This document shows positions 11,933 through 25,000 of a DNA stretch of 64,000 nt, in pieces. The stretch is from Syncephalis fuscata S228 (Eukaryota; Fungi; Zoopagomycota): assembly GCA_025786725.1 (NCBI GenBank), contig JAHLTZ010000003.1, positions 744,001 to 808,000 on the forward strand. The letters run 5' to 3'. The translations under genes were made by a program, and so were the position numbers. Every line of letters starts with the position of its first letter. Within the stretch, counting starts at the first letter, position 1. Under the pieces are notes generated by a model that saw only the letters and a program-made list of their open reading frames with translations, was not told where the DNA came from and ran no database searches.

Positions 11933-13506
11933 TTACTCCTCGTCTGCTGATTTTTCGTTCGAATACGGGTCAGTACTGCCTAGGCGACGAATGGTGTCAT
12001 CGCCACTGGTTGATGGCTGTATTTTATAATGAGCCCTATGATCTGCCAATATATTATCAATACCGCTGTTTGGACTTTCTTCAAATTGACGAGCAAGTGT
12101 TGTGACTACTCGGGCAGCCAATGCGTGTCGCTCCTCATCAGGCAGACTGGCTGCAGTTTCTGTTGGCGTTTATTTGGTTAAATTATGAAATATATAATAA
12201 ACTATTATAAATACCTCGTGCCTGCAACATCATCTTTAATAGCATGTCGAATTCACCGTCCATTTGCTCCAAAGCATCATCAGTCAAGTCTTTATTTCCT
12301 CGAGTAAATTCATCGCCATCTAGTGCATTATCAATATCATTGTCCTCCTCTAACTGTAAACCTGCTTCTGTCCAATTCATTCCCGAAAGAAATGGGTTTT
12401 CTATTTGATTGGAGTGTATATAAGCATTTTCTTTACCAATTAGCACATTTAATTACCTAGATTAAGCAATGCACTTGTCGTACTAGACTTGGGTTTACTA
12501 GTAAAGGACGATCTAGCAATGACGCAGAAGATGCTAGTAAAGTCCGGTCCACAGTGCGTTCTTCAAAGTCATCTGCCTCAGGGACCAGTGTAGCAACTGC
12601 ATTGTGTTTTGCAATCGAGTCCCGTTTATTTGTTTTCATTTCACAAATTGGCCAAATATGTGCCTCTAATGCCTCTCTTACTCTTCCTACTCCATCATCT
12701 AGTATTGGTTGTCATTATTGATCACAAGCGTTAGTCTGTACGGCATAGCACCTTACCTGTATCATAAACATCTTCGTCTTGCTGTGTATGTACTAATTCA
12801 TACTCGTGCTCTAAACACCATTCCTGTATATCAGCCAGTGTTTCCTCAGTCAAACTGGCAATGGGTGTATCTTCTGTCGAAGTAATAATACGTGAATTAC
12901 CAGCTTCTGTATACACAATACATAATCGAATAACCGGATTAAATCGATCAGTAGAGCGGGACAGCCGATCCAACGATGCTACTGCTGTCTAAGTTTCATA
13001 GTGTAGGTTTTATTATCAAGCATAATTTACCATCAAGTGGCCTACCTCTTCATGTACAACAAATACAACTGCATCAAATGAATTAACCGAGTATTTTGTT
13101 TTTGCTATTTTATTCTTGTCTTGATTGTCTTCATCGTCGCTGCTGTTTTCCTCAATGTTAGTAGAACTAGTTTTGCCGCCATCGTTTGCTTGATAAGCCT
13201 GTGCCTGTAAGCAGGCTTCAAGTAAAGTAGAAGTACATTTGCTATTGAGCGTAGTTAAACAAAAATCCAATTGAGCACGATAATATTTGTTATCCAGTTG
13301 ATATGGCAAACAAACATTGAATTGTCTGTTAGCAAGGACGGCTGTGCCTGTTGAATGGCAGCGTCAAGGGATGCATTTGGTAATCCTACAAGTTTGGTCT
13401 ATTAGGCTTGAGCTACTATTGGTATAGAGCAGTAAATACTTTGAAATATGGTTTTGCCACGCTCCACATTGTCACAAAGTACTAGTACAGGATTGCCAGC
13501 GATCAT
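11933..13506 (-). CDS. AAGAB: Alpha/gamma-adaptin-binding protein p34 (AAGAB/Irc6-like), spliced
   Basis: Motifs are YQLDNKYYRAQLDFC, IQEWCLEHEYELV, DGVGRVREALEAHIWP and LPDEERHALAARVV. The ATG is at 13506. Confidence 0.85.
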
Positions 13507-13571
13507 TGTAACTAACTAATGACAATAAACAACTATGAATGAAAACAAGGAATCCTACTTTGTGTCCCCTA

Positions 13572-14040
13572 TTTTTGAATCCCAAAGTAAAATTTGTTCC
13601 AATTAAAGTCATGTCGTTGTTATACGTAACATAATTATATTACTTTTTATTAAAATGCCATTAATAAGTTAAATTTATTAGCCATTTAGTATAATTTGTG
13701 GTCAAATGACTATATTTAATGCTATTAAATAGATTGAATATAATGCCAAGTAATGAGTGACATTAAATATCAAATTATAATACTTTAAATACTCTATAAC
13801 AATAACATAAATTAACATTTATTTATTATATTTTATTGTAAGTAACATGGAATACTATTTAATATCTATGTCGATATTGAAAATAGTACGGACTAACTCA
13901 ACTCGAATTAATCGGAATTGATATGGCACTGTTTTAACAAATAACGCTTTTAATTTTAAAACTGATTGATGGTTTAATATCAAATTGAGCCATTGATCTT
14001 TTTGTTTCTAGTTTAAGGCTAGAGACTCAAGTACAATAGC
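13572..14040 (-). mobile_element. Degenerate dispersed repeat (segment A followed by terminal segment E)
   Basis: 13690-14040 aligns by eye with 6060-6373 (inverted) and 42470-42600 (direct). 13572-13670 is nearly identical, inverted, to 39272-39368 (gttacgtataacaacgacatgactttaattggaacaaattttacttt). Confidence 0.75.
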
Positions 14041-14090
14041 TCCATCTATTTATTCAATAAAAGGGCGATGAATATAAAGCCATCTAACAC

Positions 14091-15340
14091 CTACAACCTC
14101 CAGTTAAGATATCCCCATGTTTCTGTGAACGCTTCTGGCGTTGGACGATATTTTGGATCAATACTGAATAGGCGAAGTATATTGCCGTTTTCGTTTTTGA
14201 ATAGAGATGGCACATTATGGCCTAGATTTGGTGTTCTTTTAGTATTGACGGACCGATTGAAAAGCACCTTCATTTCATCGTAGTAGCTATGCCAGTTCTG
14301 ATGTCTAGAAGTGCCGTCTGGTAAAGTAACACGGCCGTAAACTGGAGTTCCATTATAGAAACTGTACATGGTTGCTATCGCGCTCCATGAATCTCCTTTA
14401 CGTAAACTGTAATCTCTCCACTAAAAAACTCGGGTGGCATATAGCCAATTGTGCCACCGGGAGCTTTTTGAGGCTGTATTGCTTTTCCTAGAACATACAG
14501 TCTAGATGAAAGGTCAAAGTCAATAATAGAAAGTCGCGGCTCGGCAGGATTCGTTGTGTCTATCATAATGTTATTTGGTTTCAGATCGTTATGAGCCCGT
14601 CCAGCAAAATTGATAAAAGCCACACCTAATCTATGTTAGCCTTTAGCATAATATATAGTAAATAAAATAAATACCATGAATCAACTGATAGAACAGCTTG
14701 AACATAACCTTGTCTCTTTCAGCGGGAGTAAGGGTGCTGGAGTAAGAGTGCATATCCATGTCACCGCCATGAGAGAGAATGATACAAACGTATTCATTTA
14801 TCTTGAAAGAGCCTTGTCGCTGAACGACCCATTTTCTAGCATTAAATATAGGATTTTTGGGCTTGGCCAAAGCAAGGTGCATGTCCTATGATAGAAGACA
14901 TTATGAGTTAGCAGTAGATTTTAAATGGTGAATTGCTTACATTGAAGGCTTCCATCTCATTCGTAAATTTAGTGTAATCGGATGAACATTTTAGAAATGC
15001 TTTCTTGCCACGATAGGTTACAGTTGCCGGTATTACCCATCTACGCTTCTGATGCCATTGATTAATAACAAGAGTTCCATCTTTAACAATGTCAAGATTG
15101 TTCACAAGGTCATATGGGAACGATGAAAACGGAATAGTGTCTATTACAGTATAGTCTCGGCTGGCTCCAACAACTGTAGTGCTATGTTTTGTCTTGCTAC
15201 TTGTCTTGCTAGTTTCTATAAATAAAACGTATTAGCACGTATAAACTTGTACATATACACGGCCTACCCGGTGCTTCATTGGCTTTTGTAAAGCTTAAAC
15301 AAATGCCTATAATAGTAGCAATTACGATAATGCTGCGCAT
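14091..15340 (-). CDS. Protein kinase-like protein with an N-terminal signal peptide (spliced; one frameshift near 14420)
   Basis: Exon 1 is MRSIIVIATIIGICLSFTKANEAP. Kinase motifs are AFLKC (beta3 Lys), NEMEAF (alphaC Glu), HNDLKPNN, IIDFDLS, GGTIGYMPPE, KGDSW (after the shift) and DPKYRPT. Confidence 0.85.
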
Positions 15341-15989
15341 ATCTATTTTAAGTGTAATGTAAACGATAGTCTAATAGGTGTGATAATAGAATAAAAGTCG
15401 TAAAAAGTTTAATGAATTTTCCAGCAGTCGGGTATGATCAGTGGATATAAATACAAATAAAGTGCCAATGAATTCAAACTGTTATTGGCATAGCTGCCAC
15501 GAGTACTAGAACCTATTAACTGTTTGTTTCAATAGCACGTGGATTATCGGGGATTTGCAGGAATTGCATATTAAGATCTGTACAATTTAAGAAGTATTCA
15601 CGTGAATAATGACGAATAATTAACGACATATGGGATGCAATCATAGATTGACGTAATTTTGTAAAAAAATACAAATCCGTTAACCAAATAAGATAGCATC
15701 TTAAGCGGCCAGTATTGTTTTTTTACAAAATTTCAAGATCCGTTATACAATTTGTAAATGACATAAATGTGATTTTCTAAACGGTAATAATACCGTTTGC
15801 TGTCCATGCTGATATTCAGCTTAAAACATATTTGTATCAAATAGCAATATACAGAAAGATAAACAACACGTGAAGACGCAAAATTAGCAAGAATTTAAAA
15901 TGCATAGTTTTTGAACAAGCAATGTCTTTATCATTAGCACCAATGTGCATAGATATTTTTTAGTATTTATTTTATTATAAATAGTGTAT

Positions 15990-16290
15990 ATGTCTCCGCG
16001 AAGACGAGCTACTCAGCCTAGTGAAGAAAAATCTTCTGGCAGTCGCAGCAGATAGTGCGGTATTCACTCTTCGATCAACGTAAACACAAGACTGTAGACA
16101 AGTCGGGTTCGTACAATAATCCCCCGCGTCAAACCATCCGGTAAAGGTCGGTCTATCTTGCCGCTAGATCGTTTTAGAAATCAACTTGACCATAGTCGGG
16201 CAGACTGGTTTTCATTCCTCTCACACGAATCTAGCGGGGGTAGATTGTGGGACATTTGACCCATAATGGATTCCGTTTAGTTATCAACAC
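15990..16290. other. GC-rich intergenic island with long inverted repeats; candidate structured ncRNA or transposon relic
   Basis: ccgctagatcgt (16161-16172) pairs with acgaatctagcgg (16225-16237), and the helix extends with G-U pairs on the + strand. There is no intact ORF and no recognised RNA family. Confidence 0.4.
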
Positions 16291-16990
16291 CAATAAAATG
16301 TACGATTAACAAATAACTTTTATTTCATTTAGCTTTGTTGTTATTATTTGATTTACATTGTTAGATTGTAAATCTAGTGATTGAGTGTGTGTATTATAAT
16401 CTATAGTTTATTTGTAGTTTGTAAACACCAAAAAACATAGACGCAATTTATTTAAAACTAAAACACAGTTAATATAATGCTCAAACATACTTTGTGTACA
16501 AACATACAGAATATAATAAACAAAAGTATTAAAATTAATTTTACAACATATATTAAACATAGCACAAAACAAAAGACAAAAATGCACTTATTATGGCAAT
16601 GATTGAAGCGGAGAAAGTGATTAGCAAAAAAGTCGATTGAAAAAGCGCAATGCAAGGAGGTAATTTACAGAGTGCTTCCACCTGAAATAGTAGTTAGTTA
16701 ATTGTTGGCACTGCTTATTTAGCGCATATAAAACGTAGAAAATATGTAAAAGTATACATGTTATCAAGTGCAAAATGAAAGAAAGAAAGAAAAGTGTGGT
16801 GACGTAGATTGTAAGCTGCGTAATAGTGTGGGAATTTTACATTATTAGTAGCAAGTATAATAGGACTGAAGTGGTCAACTCCTGGCCTCACTGCCACACC
16901 TCGCCTATCTTTGCTTCTTTCCTTTCTCTTTGACGTTAACCTCGTTGCTTTTATTCTACGTGTTTATAGCGAGATAGTAGATAATTTATA

Positions 16991-19990
16991 ATGTTGGCAG
17001 CATTAAAGTGGCCGCGTTCCAAACTTTTGGCACTTAGCCGTCCCAAGCCGCTATTGCCCATAGTAACACGCTCTTTATCCACCTACAGTGAACATAATGG
17101 TAGGCTAATAACATATCTATACAAGCACTAGTATTTACTATATTTTAGTATCTGGAAAGCCGCTTTTTAACAAGATTCTTATTGCCAATCGGTAGGCAGA
17201 GTACTGCAGGCACTATCTAGTTAATTGAATAATAAATAATAAATAATAAATATAGTGGCGAGATTGCCTGTCGAGTAATGCGAACTGCTCGTCGTTTGGG
17301 TATTCGAACAGTAGCCGTGTATAGCGAAGCCGATGAAAATTCGATGCATGTTCAAATGGTAACTAATCTACGGTAGATACTATTACTCTATTGACTATCC
17401 ATAAATAGGCCGACGAAGCCTATTTGATCGGTTCTGCCCCGTCGGCCGACAGTTATCTCCGCATGGATCGTATTCTTGATGTCATTAAGCGTAGTGGTGC
17501 ACAGGCTGTTCATCCTGGTTATGGATTTCTATCAGAGAATGCCAGCTTTGCCGAGCTATTACATAAAAACAATGTTGCATTCATCGGTCCACCGCCATCA
17601 GCCATGTTATCAATGGGGTCTAAAAGGTACCTTATTAATAGATAGAGCATAGAATGGTATATTTATTGGTTCTTAGTGAATCAAAGAATATTATGCAGGC
17701 AGCCAATGTGCCAGTTGTACCAGGCTATCATGGAACAGAACAAGATGTCAAGTTTCTTAAAAGTCAAGCCGAAAAGATTGGGCAAGTATTACAATGAATG
17801 ACACAGCGTATTTAATCATACTTTAACTAGGTATCCGGTGTTAATCAAAGCAATTAAAGGTGGTGGTGGTAAAGTAAGTTATATGCGTAACAGTACATAG
17901 TAAATATATTTATAATGAATTAGGGAATGCGAATTGTTGAACGACCAGAAGATTTCGAGGAAATGTTGACCTCTTCAAAACGTGAAGCAATTAAATCATT
18001 TGGTGATGATCAAGTGTAAGTGAAGGAAGGTGTTACAGTTAAATCTAATAAAAATGATAGTTTAATTGAGAAATATCTAGTTACACCACGGTAAGTAGAT
18101 TAATGTATAGCGAATTATTGATTTATTGGTGTTTAGTCATGTTGAGGTACAAGTATTTGCCGATAAGATGGGCAATGCTGTTCATCTACACGAACGTGAC
18201 TGCAGTGTGCAACGCCGCCATCAAAAGATACTTGAAGAAGCGCCGGCGGTAAGTTATTATTAGTAGAAAAGCAATAAGCCTGTATTTACCTGTACAATAA
18301 TGGTAGCCGTCTTTATCAGAGTCAGTGCGTGCACTATTAGGCGAAAAGGCAGTTGCTGCAGCTAAAGCAGTCAGCTATGAAGGTGCTGGCACGGTTGAGT
18401 TTATATTTGACAATACCGATAACAAGTTCTACTTTATGGAAATGAATACACGTCTACAGGCAAGTTAAATACGTGTTAATAATGTAAATGAACATAATGT
18501 GTTAATAGCAAGAATAGGTTGAACATCCAGTAACTGAGATGATTACCGGTACAGATTTAGTTCAATGGCAATTAGAAGTGGCGGCCGGTAATCCATTGCC
18601 TATGACACAATCTCAGATTAAAGCGACAGGCCACGCATTTGAAGCGCGTATTTATGCCGAGAATCCAGCCAAGTAAGACTATTATTAAATACTTTGCTCT
18701 ATGCTACTAACAGAATACAGAGGATTCTTACCAGATACCGGTCCATTACTGCATCTACGTCCACCCACCAACATTGATCCAGAAGTGATTCGAGTTGAGA
18801 CAGGTGTCCGTCAAGGAGATGCAGTTAGTATCTACTACGATCCAATGATTTCAAAATTAGTAGTGCACGGCCGAGATCGTGAAGAAGCATTGCGATTCCT
18901 GCATAACTCATTGCAACAATATCAAATTGTCGGTCTTAATACAAATATTGAGTTTCTTAGTACAGTTATTCAACATCCAGCATTCATTGCCGGAGAAGTA
19001 GAGACCGGATTTATTAAGGTAGTTATATTGCATTATATTGTATAAACAATAGACTGACCTAGCATAGAAATATGAAGCAGATTTGTTCCCGGCAATTAAA
19101 CCTGCTCAACAGCATGTGATTGCACAAGCTGCCCTCTCAATACTGCTTAAACAACGATCAGTAGCTGTTCAAGGTCCTAGCGCAATGACCGGCAAGTATA
19201 TGTATTTAATAAAAGTACCGTTATTAATGGTTATAGTAGATCCCAGTTCACCATGGGCTACCATTAATAGCTGGCGTCCTAACTATCGACATGCCGAAAC
19301 AATTACCTTACAAGATGGCGATAATAGTACCGTGACAGCGGATATTACACCAGAAGCAAGTGGTACCTATACAATTAAGGTAATGTTATAGTTATGACTA
19401 TTTATAGCTTTAAATTAAACGGTCTTACTCCATTATAGATAACGGCAGCTGATGGATCCATAACTGAATATACTCAAGTAAAGGCCAGTATCAATGACGA
19501 AGGTGCGCTTGTATCCACGTTGGGAGATCAACGATTCAACACCAATGTTGTTGCTCAAGATGATAAAATCCACGTATTTGATCAAGTAAGTAGTTATAAC
19601 ACAATGTATAACAATTCAATTCATTGATATGAATATGCACATTAGACGGGTAAACGTACTTTTATTCTACTTACCCCCAAATACTTGACAGCCATGTCGG
19701 GTGAAATGGCCGGTTCCGTAAAAACACCAATGCCTTGCAAGATCTCTCAAGTAATGGTAACACCTGGACAAACAGTTGAAAAGGGCACGCCACTTATTGT
19801 GTTAGAGGCCATGAAGATGGAGGTAATTAACAATGAATACAAGATATATACACTATTTATTGACTATTCTATTTAGCATGTTATCAAGTCACCACAAGAT
19901 GGTATTATTGATCGTATATTGTTTGAAGCGGGAGAACTGGTCGGCGAGAACAAGCTACTCGTAACATTTAAAGCGGAACAGACCGAGTAA
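16991..19990 (+). CDS. MCCC1: 3-methylcrotonyl-CoA carboxylase alpha (biotin-containing) subunit, mitochondrial; ~14 introns
   Basis: Motifs are [73 protein letters not shown] and the biotinyl motif [24 protein letters not shown] and PMPCKI favour MCC over PCC. Confidence 0.9.
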
Positions 19991-20082
19991 ACAAGTCTAT
20001 TTATGATAATAAAAGTCTTGTTTAATATTTAATTTTATTGTTGTAATAATAGTAATAGTAATCAATATAGTTAGCTAGTTAG

Positions 20083-21882
20083 TTACATCATTCGACGAAT
20101 AATTTTAGTGGCTAATGGAACCCAACGAGGATTGTGTCGAGATCTTTGTTCCAATTCAGCTAATGATACTTGACATGTGTCATGTTTTATATGATCAATT
20201 TCCTATTATAATGATTAGTTATTTGTTTAAAACTACATATTAACTAACGTACTTTATGCCATTGTTGATATAAACTTGTATTTTCACTATAAATCCATGC
20301 TTGTGCCTCAACATCCCGTTCAAATGATCGATAACCAAAATTAGGCGATCCAATGGTTGTCAACATTGATCCAGATGTATTTGATGATTTGGGCTCAAGC
20401 CAAAAGCCTTTTAACAATATTAACAATATTGTTGCTATATTAATATAATACATACCTTTGGCATGGAATGTCCAATTAGCTCGTTGATATTCTCGCATTA
20501 CATATCGTTGTTGTTGATTAGAATGAAATGCATTAACTTTACGTAGAAAATCTCGTTCAATAAGACTATAAGCAGCAGGAATATGACGAGACACGTCTTT
20601 AGCTGTAAAGAATCCATTGGCCTAATTGTCGCTATTGTTAATATTGATAACACTCTAGTCGTTAAATCTACCTTAGGGGCTGCCACCATTAACTGCCAAT
20701 CTGTCTGTGTTGTCTCTAATATTTGTCGACTAATTGTATCATGTAGATTAAAATAGCCAGAAGCAAGTGTAGCTCGCCAATTTTCATTTGTAGTATTTAA
20801 ATAACCAAGTATTGATTCTAAAAGATTAACATCTTGTCGAATACCTATTGGTGCTATTTGTAATGCAGGTACTACCATGGCCCATGGTAATGGCGATGTC
20901 TGAAAAGTAGATTCTAAATGATCCTTCATTTTGTTATACCAATAGCGTGTCAAGTCATCAAGTATATTTGAAGCGTGTTTACGAAATGCTACTCCATTAG
21001 TGGCAGGATCTGGTCCACGTTGATCGGCAGTTGGTGATACAATTTGAACTGTAGTGTTAGCTGCAACTGATGGTGGTGATGCTACTCCTTCAACTCGATA
21101 GGCCACCTGTCCTAGCCGTTCAATCAACATGTCAAAATAGTTACTTAATTGACCATCCTCAAATAAAACATATCGATCTTGTCGATTAGTAAAATAATCA
21201 TGACTTAAATTTGCTCTAAAACCTTTGTTAATATTCTAGCAATTAATGTTCAATATCCAATAGTGGTACATTACCCAGTAAGCAGTACTTGTTCATCAAA
21301 CAGCGCTACTTTAGTATGTTGAACACCAACCGTCTCATTCCAACGTGATGGAGCCACACGACCAAGTAGCTGGCCCATATCCGGTGTACGATACAGGGCA
21401 ATATGTACTTGATGTGGATATTTCTGCTGTAATGGCAATAATGCATCGATAGAACTAGTTGCCTGTTGGCTACTTGCATGTCTAGTGGCCCGTGTTCCTC
21501 GGAAATAGTCTAATAATACCCGTACTTTCAACTGCTTATTCTTCTTTAATGACTCGTCCAAAGTATCTATCTATTAGTTACATACACTATCATTAACAGT
21601 AAATAGTTTAGTTTAACTAGTTATTTACCAAATCTTGTTCTGATGCCCCAGATATAATGCTGATAAAGTTACACGGTTCTTGGCCGTGGCTATACGCTCC
21701 TATACCGGCTATTAGCGACCCTATACGATCTATGTTGCATTCTCTACGCTATAGCAACTACCTTTAATGTTTTATGGAATTCCTGTGGCTCTAACAAACA
21801 CGAATATTACTCGGCCTAACCGAAATACAGGTAGACCTAAACGGCCTGTACATGATAGAAAATGACGGCCTAGTGGTTGCAT
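20083..21882 (-). CDS. PGS1: Mitochondrial phosphatidylglycerophosphate synthase (PLD family)
   Basis: Motifs are LLDYFRGTR, VGVQHTKVALFD..LLTGANLSHDYFTNRQDRY, LASGYFN, WTFHAKG and TIGSPNFGYRSFERDVEAQ. Confidence 0.92.
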
Positions 21883-21937
21883 TAACAAGAATGACGACAA
21901 AAAGAATAAAATGGTGCCAAGTGGATTAAATGGAGAA

Positions 21938-21954
21938 ACGCGTTATTAACGCGA
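21938..21954. promoter_or_regulatory. Paired MCB-like elements (ACGCGT / ACGCGA) in the PGS1-CTF18 divergent promoter
   Basis: ACGCGT (21938-21943) and ACGCGA (21949-21954) form the palindrome CGCGTTA-T-TAACGCG about 60 bp upstream of the CTF18 ATG. Confidence 0.55.
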
Positions 21955-22009
21955 TATAAATATCATTTTATTCTATTTTACTACTTTTACAAAGTATTCT
22001 ATCAATAAC

Positions 22010-25000
22010 ATGACACATTCCAGTCCTACTACAGAAGAGTTGGAACAACTATGGAGAATGGAAGAGGCAGACGAGGTAGATCAAGAAGATCTAGATGCCT
22101 TGGAAGCTTTACGAGAATTTGAAGATACTATGGAAGAAGAATTTGACCAGCGTAAGTACAGCATATATCTACACCGTCCTTATATTCACTTTATTACTAG
22201 AGAGACGTCCAGCCAAAGCACGTAGACTATCGTATAATCTACAAAGTCCTTTATGTACACCACATAGTAAGTAGAAGGGTTTATTATATATATATATATT
22301 GACTATTATATTATTGTAAACTTGAAGGTGAACTACCTGCAGCTGCCTTCTCTTCACCATTAAAGGCGAAAACACCACAACCAACTCGCTTCTCACTACT
22401 TTCCTCTCAACCAGAATCTAGTTTCCCGTTATCGCCATTAAATCATGAATTGGATATGGATGTTCATGGATCATTGCCGTTATCAAGTCCATCTCTACTA
22501 CCATCCTATAATAATGAAATGAATGGTGCATCAATGGAAGATGAACTATTGGTGATGTCACAGTCAATGCTATTGTCTAAACCGGTATCATTACAATATG
22601 GCACTACCACATCAACTAATACAAATGATTTAAAAAAAAGTCAAGTATTTTCAGATATATTTAATTCACAGAATATGGCACTATTTAATAATGATGATCA
22701 AGAAGAACACGGAACATCACAGCCTAATGATGAGTTATTGTATCAATCTGAAGTGAATACACGTAGAAATACGGATATTACGCCATCGTGGCCATTAGAT
22801 TTATCACAGAATTCAATGCTTAATTCAATGCCTAATGAATTTGTATTACCAGTCGAGCAATATACGTTAGATGATCAATATACCCAACAAACTACGGATG
22901 GCTATAGTAATAACAATAATAACAATAATAATGAAGAAGATAATGAACTATTACAAATGTCTCAAAATGAACTACATCGAATGGCTATAACATCACTGCT
23001 TCATCTACACCATTAATATCCAATACCTATAATGATCCAACAATGATTATGGACAATCAAATAGATCAATTAGATGGCAATATTGATACAATTGAAGTAG
23101 AAGAAACAGAGAAACAGATTGAAGAGATGTTAATACGTCAAGATGAAATATATGCATTACAGTTACAACAACAAGAATTAAATGAACGAATTAGAACAAT
23201 TCCTGTACCTCAACGACATTCATCAACTATTACGGCACATACAACATTAAAGAGTGTAGATTTGAAAGGACAATCAATTATACCTCGACTAGATCATTAT
23301 GACTATAGTTTACCGCCTACAGATGGTCGTCGGTACATTGAAGCATCTACTGAACATGGACAAGGGTTCTTCTTTCCTCATAAAAATGCATCCTGTTTAG
23401 TAAGTTACTATCTATTTGGACTAAATAATACTAATACTGTTATATATTAATATTAGACAAAAGAAAGAGCCAAATTGACAGCTGCACCTGGTACTTCGTT
23501 ATTAGCAGAATCTATTTATAGTATTATGGATAGATTAGAAGTAGGTTATAGAAATAGTAATAATAGTAATAGTAATAGTAAAATATAATATAATATAATA
23601 GCTTAATAATGATATGGATATTACTACAGTAGCAGGATCTATAAGGTTAATAGTAACCATCATTTTCATTATAGTTAATATACTAACATTAGAATATAAA
23701 GATCTAGATCATCTATATCTCATGCTAATGAGTCAAATCTATGGGTTAACAAGTATTCGCCACAACGATTTACCGATCTAATTAGCAGTGTGGTAGGTTA
23801 TGTTAATTAATAATCTAATTATCATATTTAATATTATTACAACTTAGACTATTAATAAGATGGTGTTGCAATGGATCAAAGAATGGGATTATTGTGTATT
23901 TGGTAATCAGCCTATACCATCAGCTCAGCCACCTATAACATCGTTTAATTCTAATTGGATTGATAAGGTATTCTAATATTAATATTATTAATTTGATTAA
24001 ATTGATTAAGAGTTAAACGACTAATATAAATATGAATAGCCACGAGATCGACTATTTCGACCTGATAAAAAGGTAATTATAAAAATATATAAATACATAA
24101 TTAATATTGAATATCTATAGATTCTAATGTTGGCAGGACCACCAGGCCTTGGTAAAACTTCATTGGCACATATTATTGCTCGTCAAGCTGGTTATCAAGT
24201 ATTTGAAGTTAATGCTAGGTAATTATTAATTTGTTTATAATAATTATAATTATAATTATAATTATAATTGATTAGTGATGATCGTACTGGCACAGTTATG
24301 CAGGATCGATTAAAAATGGCGTTAGAATCCAATTCAGTTAAACAAACAAAAAAGCCAACCTTAGTTATTATTGATGAAATCGATGGTGTTTATGGTGGTG
24401 GTGGTGATCGAGTAAGTAATATAGCTGTGGAATAACGAGTGTGTAATTAATACTTTATAGAACTTTATTGAACAATTGGTAAGATTGGCTGAAACGCCAT
24501 TACCAAATCCAATGGAGGCACAAGCAAAGAAAGGTAGTTGCTATAATTACCCATTTTAATATTAATATATTAATTAATTTGTGTATTAGTAGGCAAAAAA
24601 CGAACTAGAACTCCTTTACTACGACCAATTATTTGTATTTGTAACGATCAGTAAGTAACTATTAATTGATATTCTAATTATTAATATTAATATTTAATTT
24701 AAGATTTGCTCCAGTATTAAAGCCATTACGTAGTTTAGCCAAGATCATTACGGTTGAACCGGTTACCTCACAGCAACTTATTCTAAGACTTCGAGAAATA
24801 TGTATACGTGAAAAGCTGACCGTAGAAAATCGTGCACTACTCCTTTTAGCTGAATCGACAAACTACGATCTACGCTCTTCAATTAATGCGTTACAAGTAA
24901 TTAGTCTATATAATAGAATATGTGATATATTTTAACGTGCTAATCGTGTAAATCTATTAGATGCTATCGACTATTACACGACACATTAATATGAAGGTAG

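Noticed and set aside
13861-14075. Plus-strand relic reading INRN*YG...SIKGR*I, resembling the F-box family motifs
   Set aside because: Motif spacing is far shorter than in the intact paralogues and there are many stops. It cannot be distinguished from chance by eye.
14375-14430. Programmed ribosomal frameshift shared by both kinase paralogues just before KGDSW (also ~61990)
   Set aside because: There is no canonical X XXY YYZ slippery site in frame, the positions are not identical, and similar 1-nt losses occur throughout housekeeping genes.
16161-16237. SECIS, U3, snR30 or SRP identity for the GC island
   Set aside because: Only isolated motifs match (ATGA..GA, AGAGTGA, AAACCAT), with wrong order or spacing, and there is no adjacent in-frame UGA selenoprotein gene.
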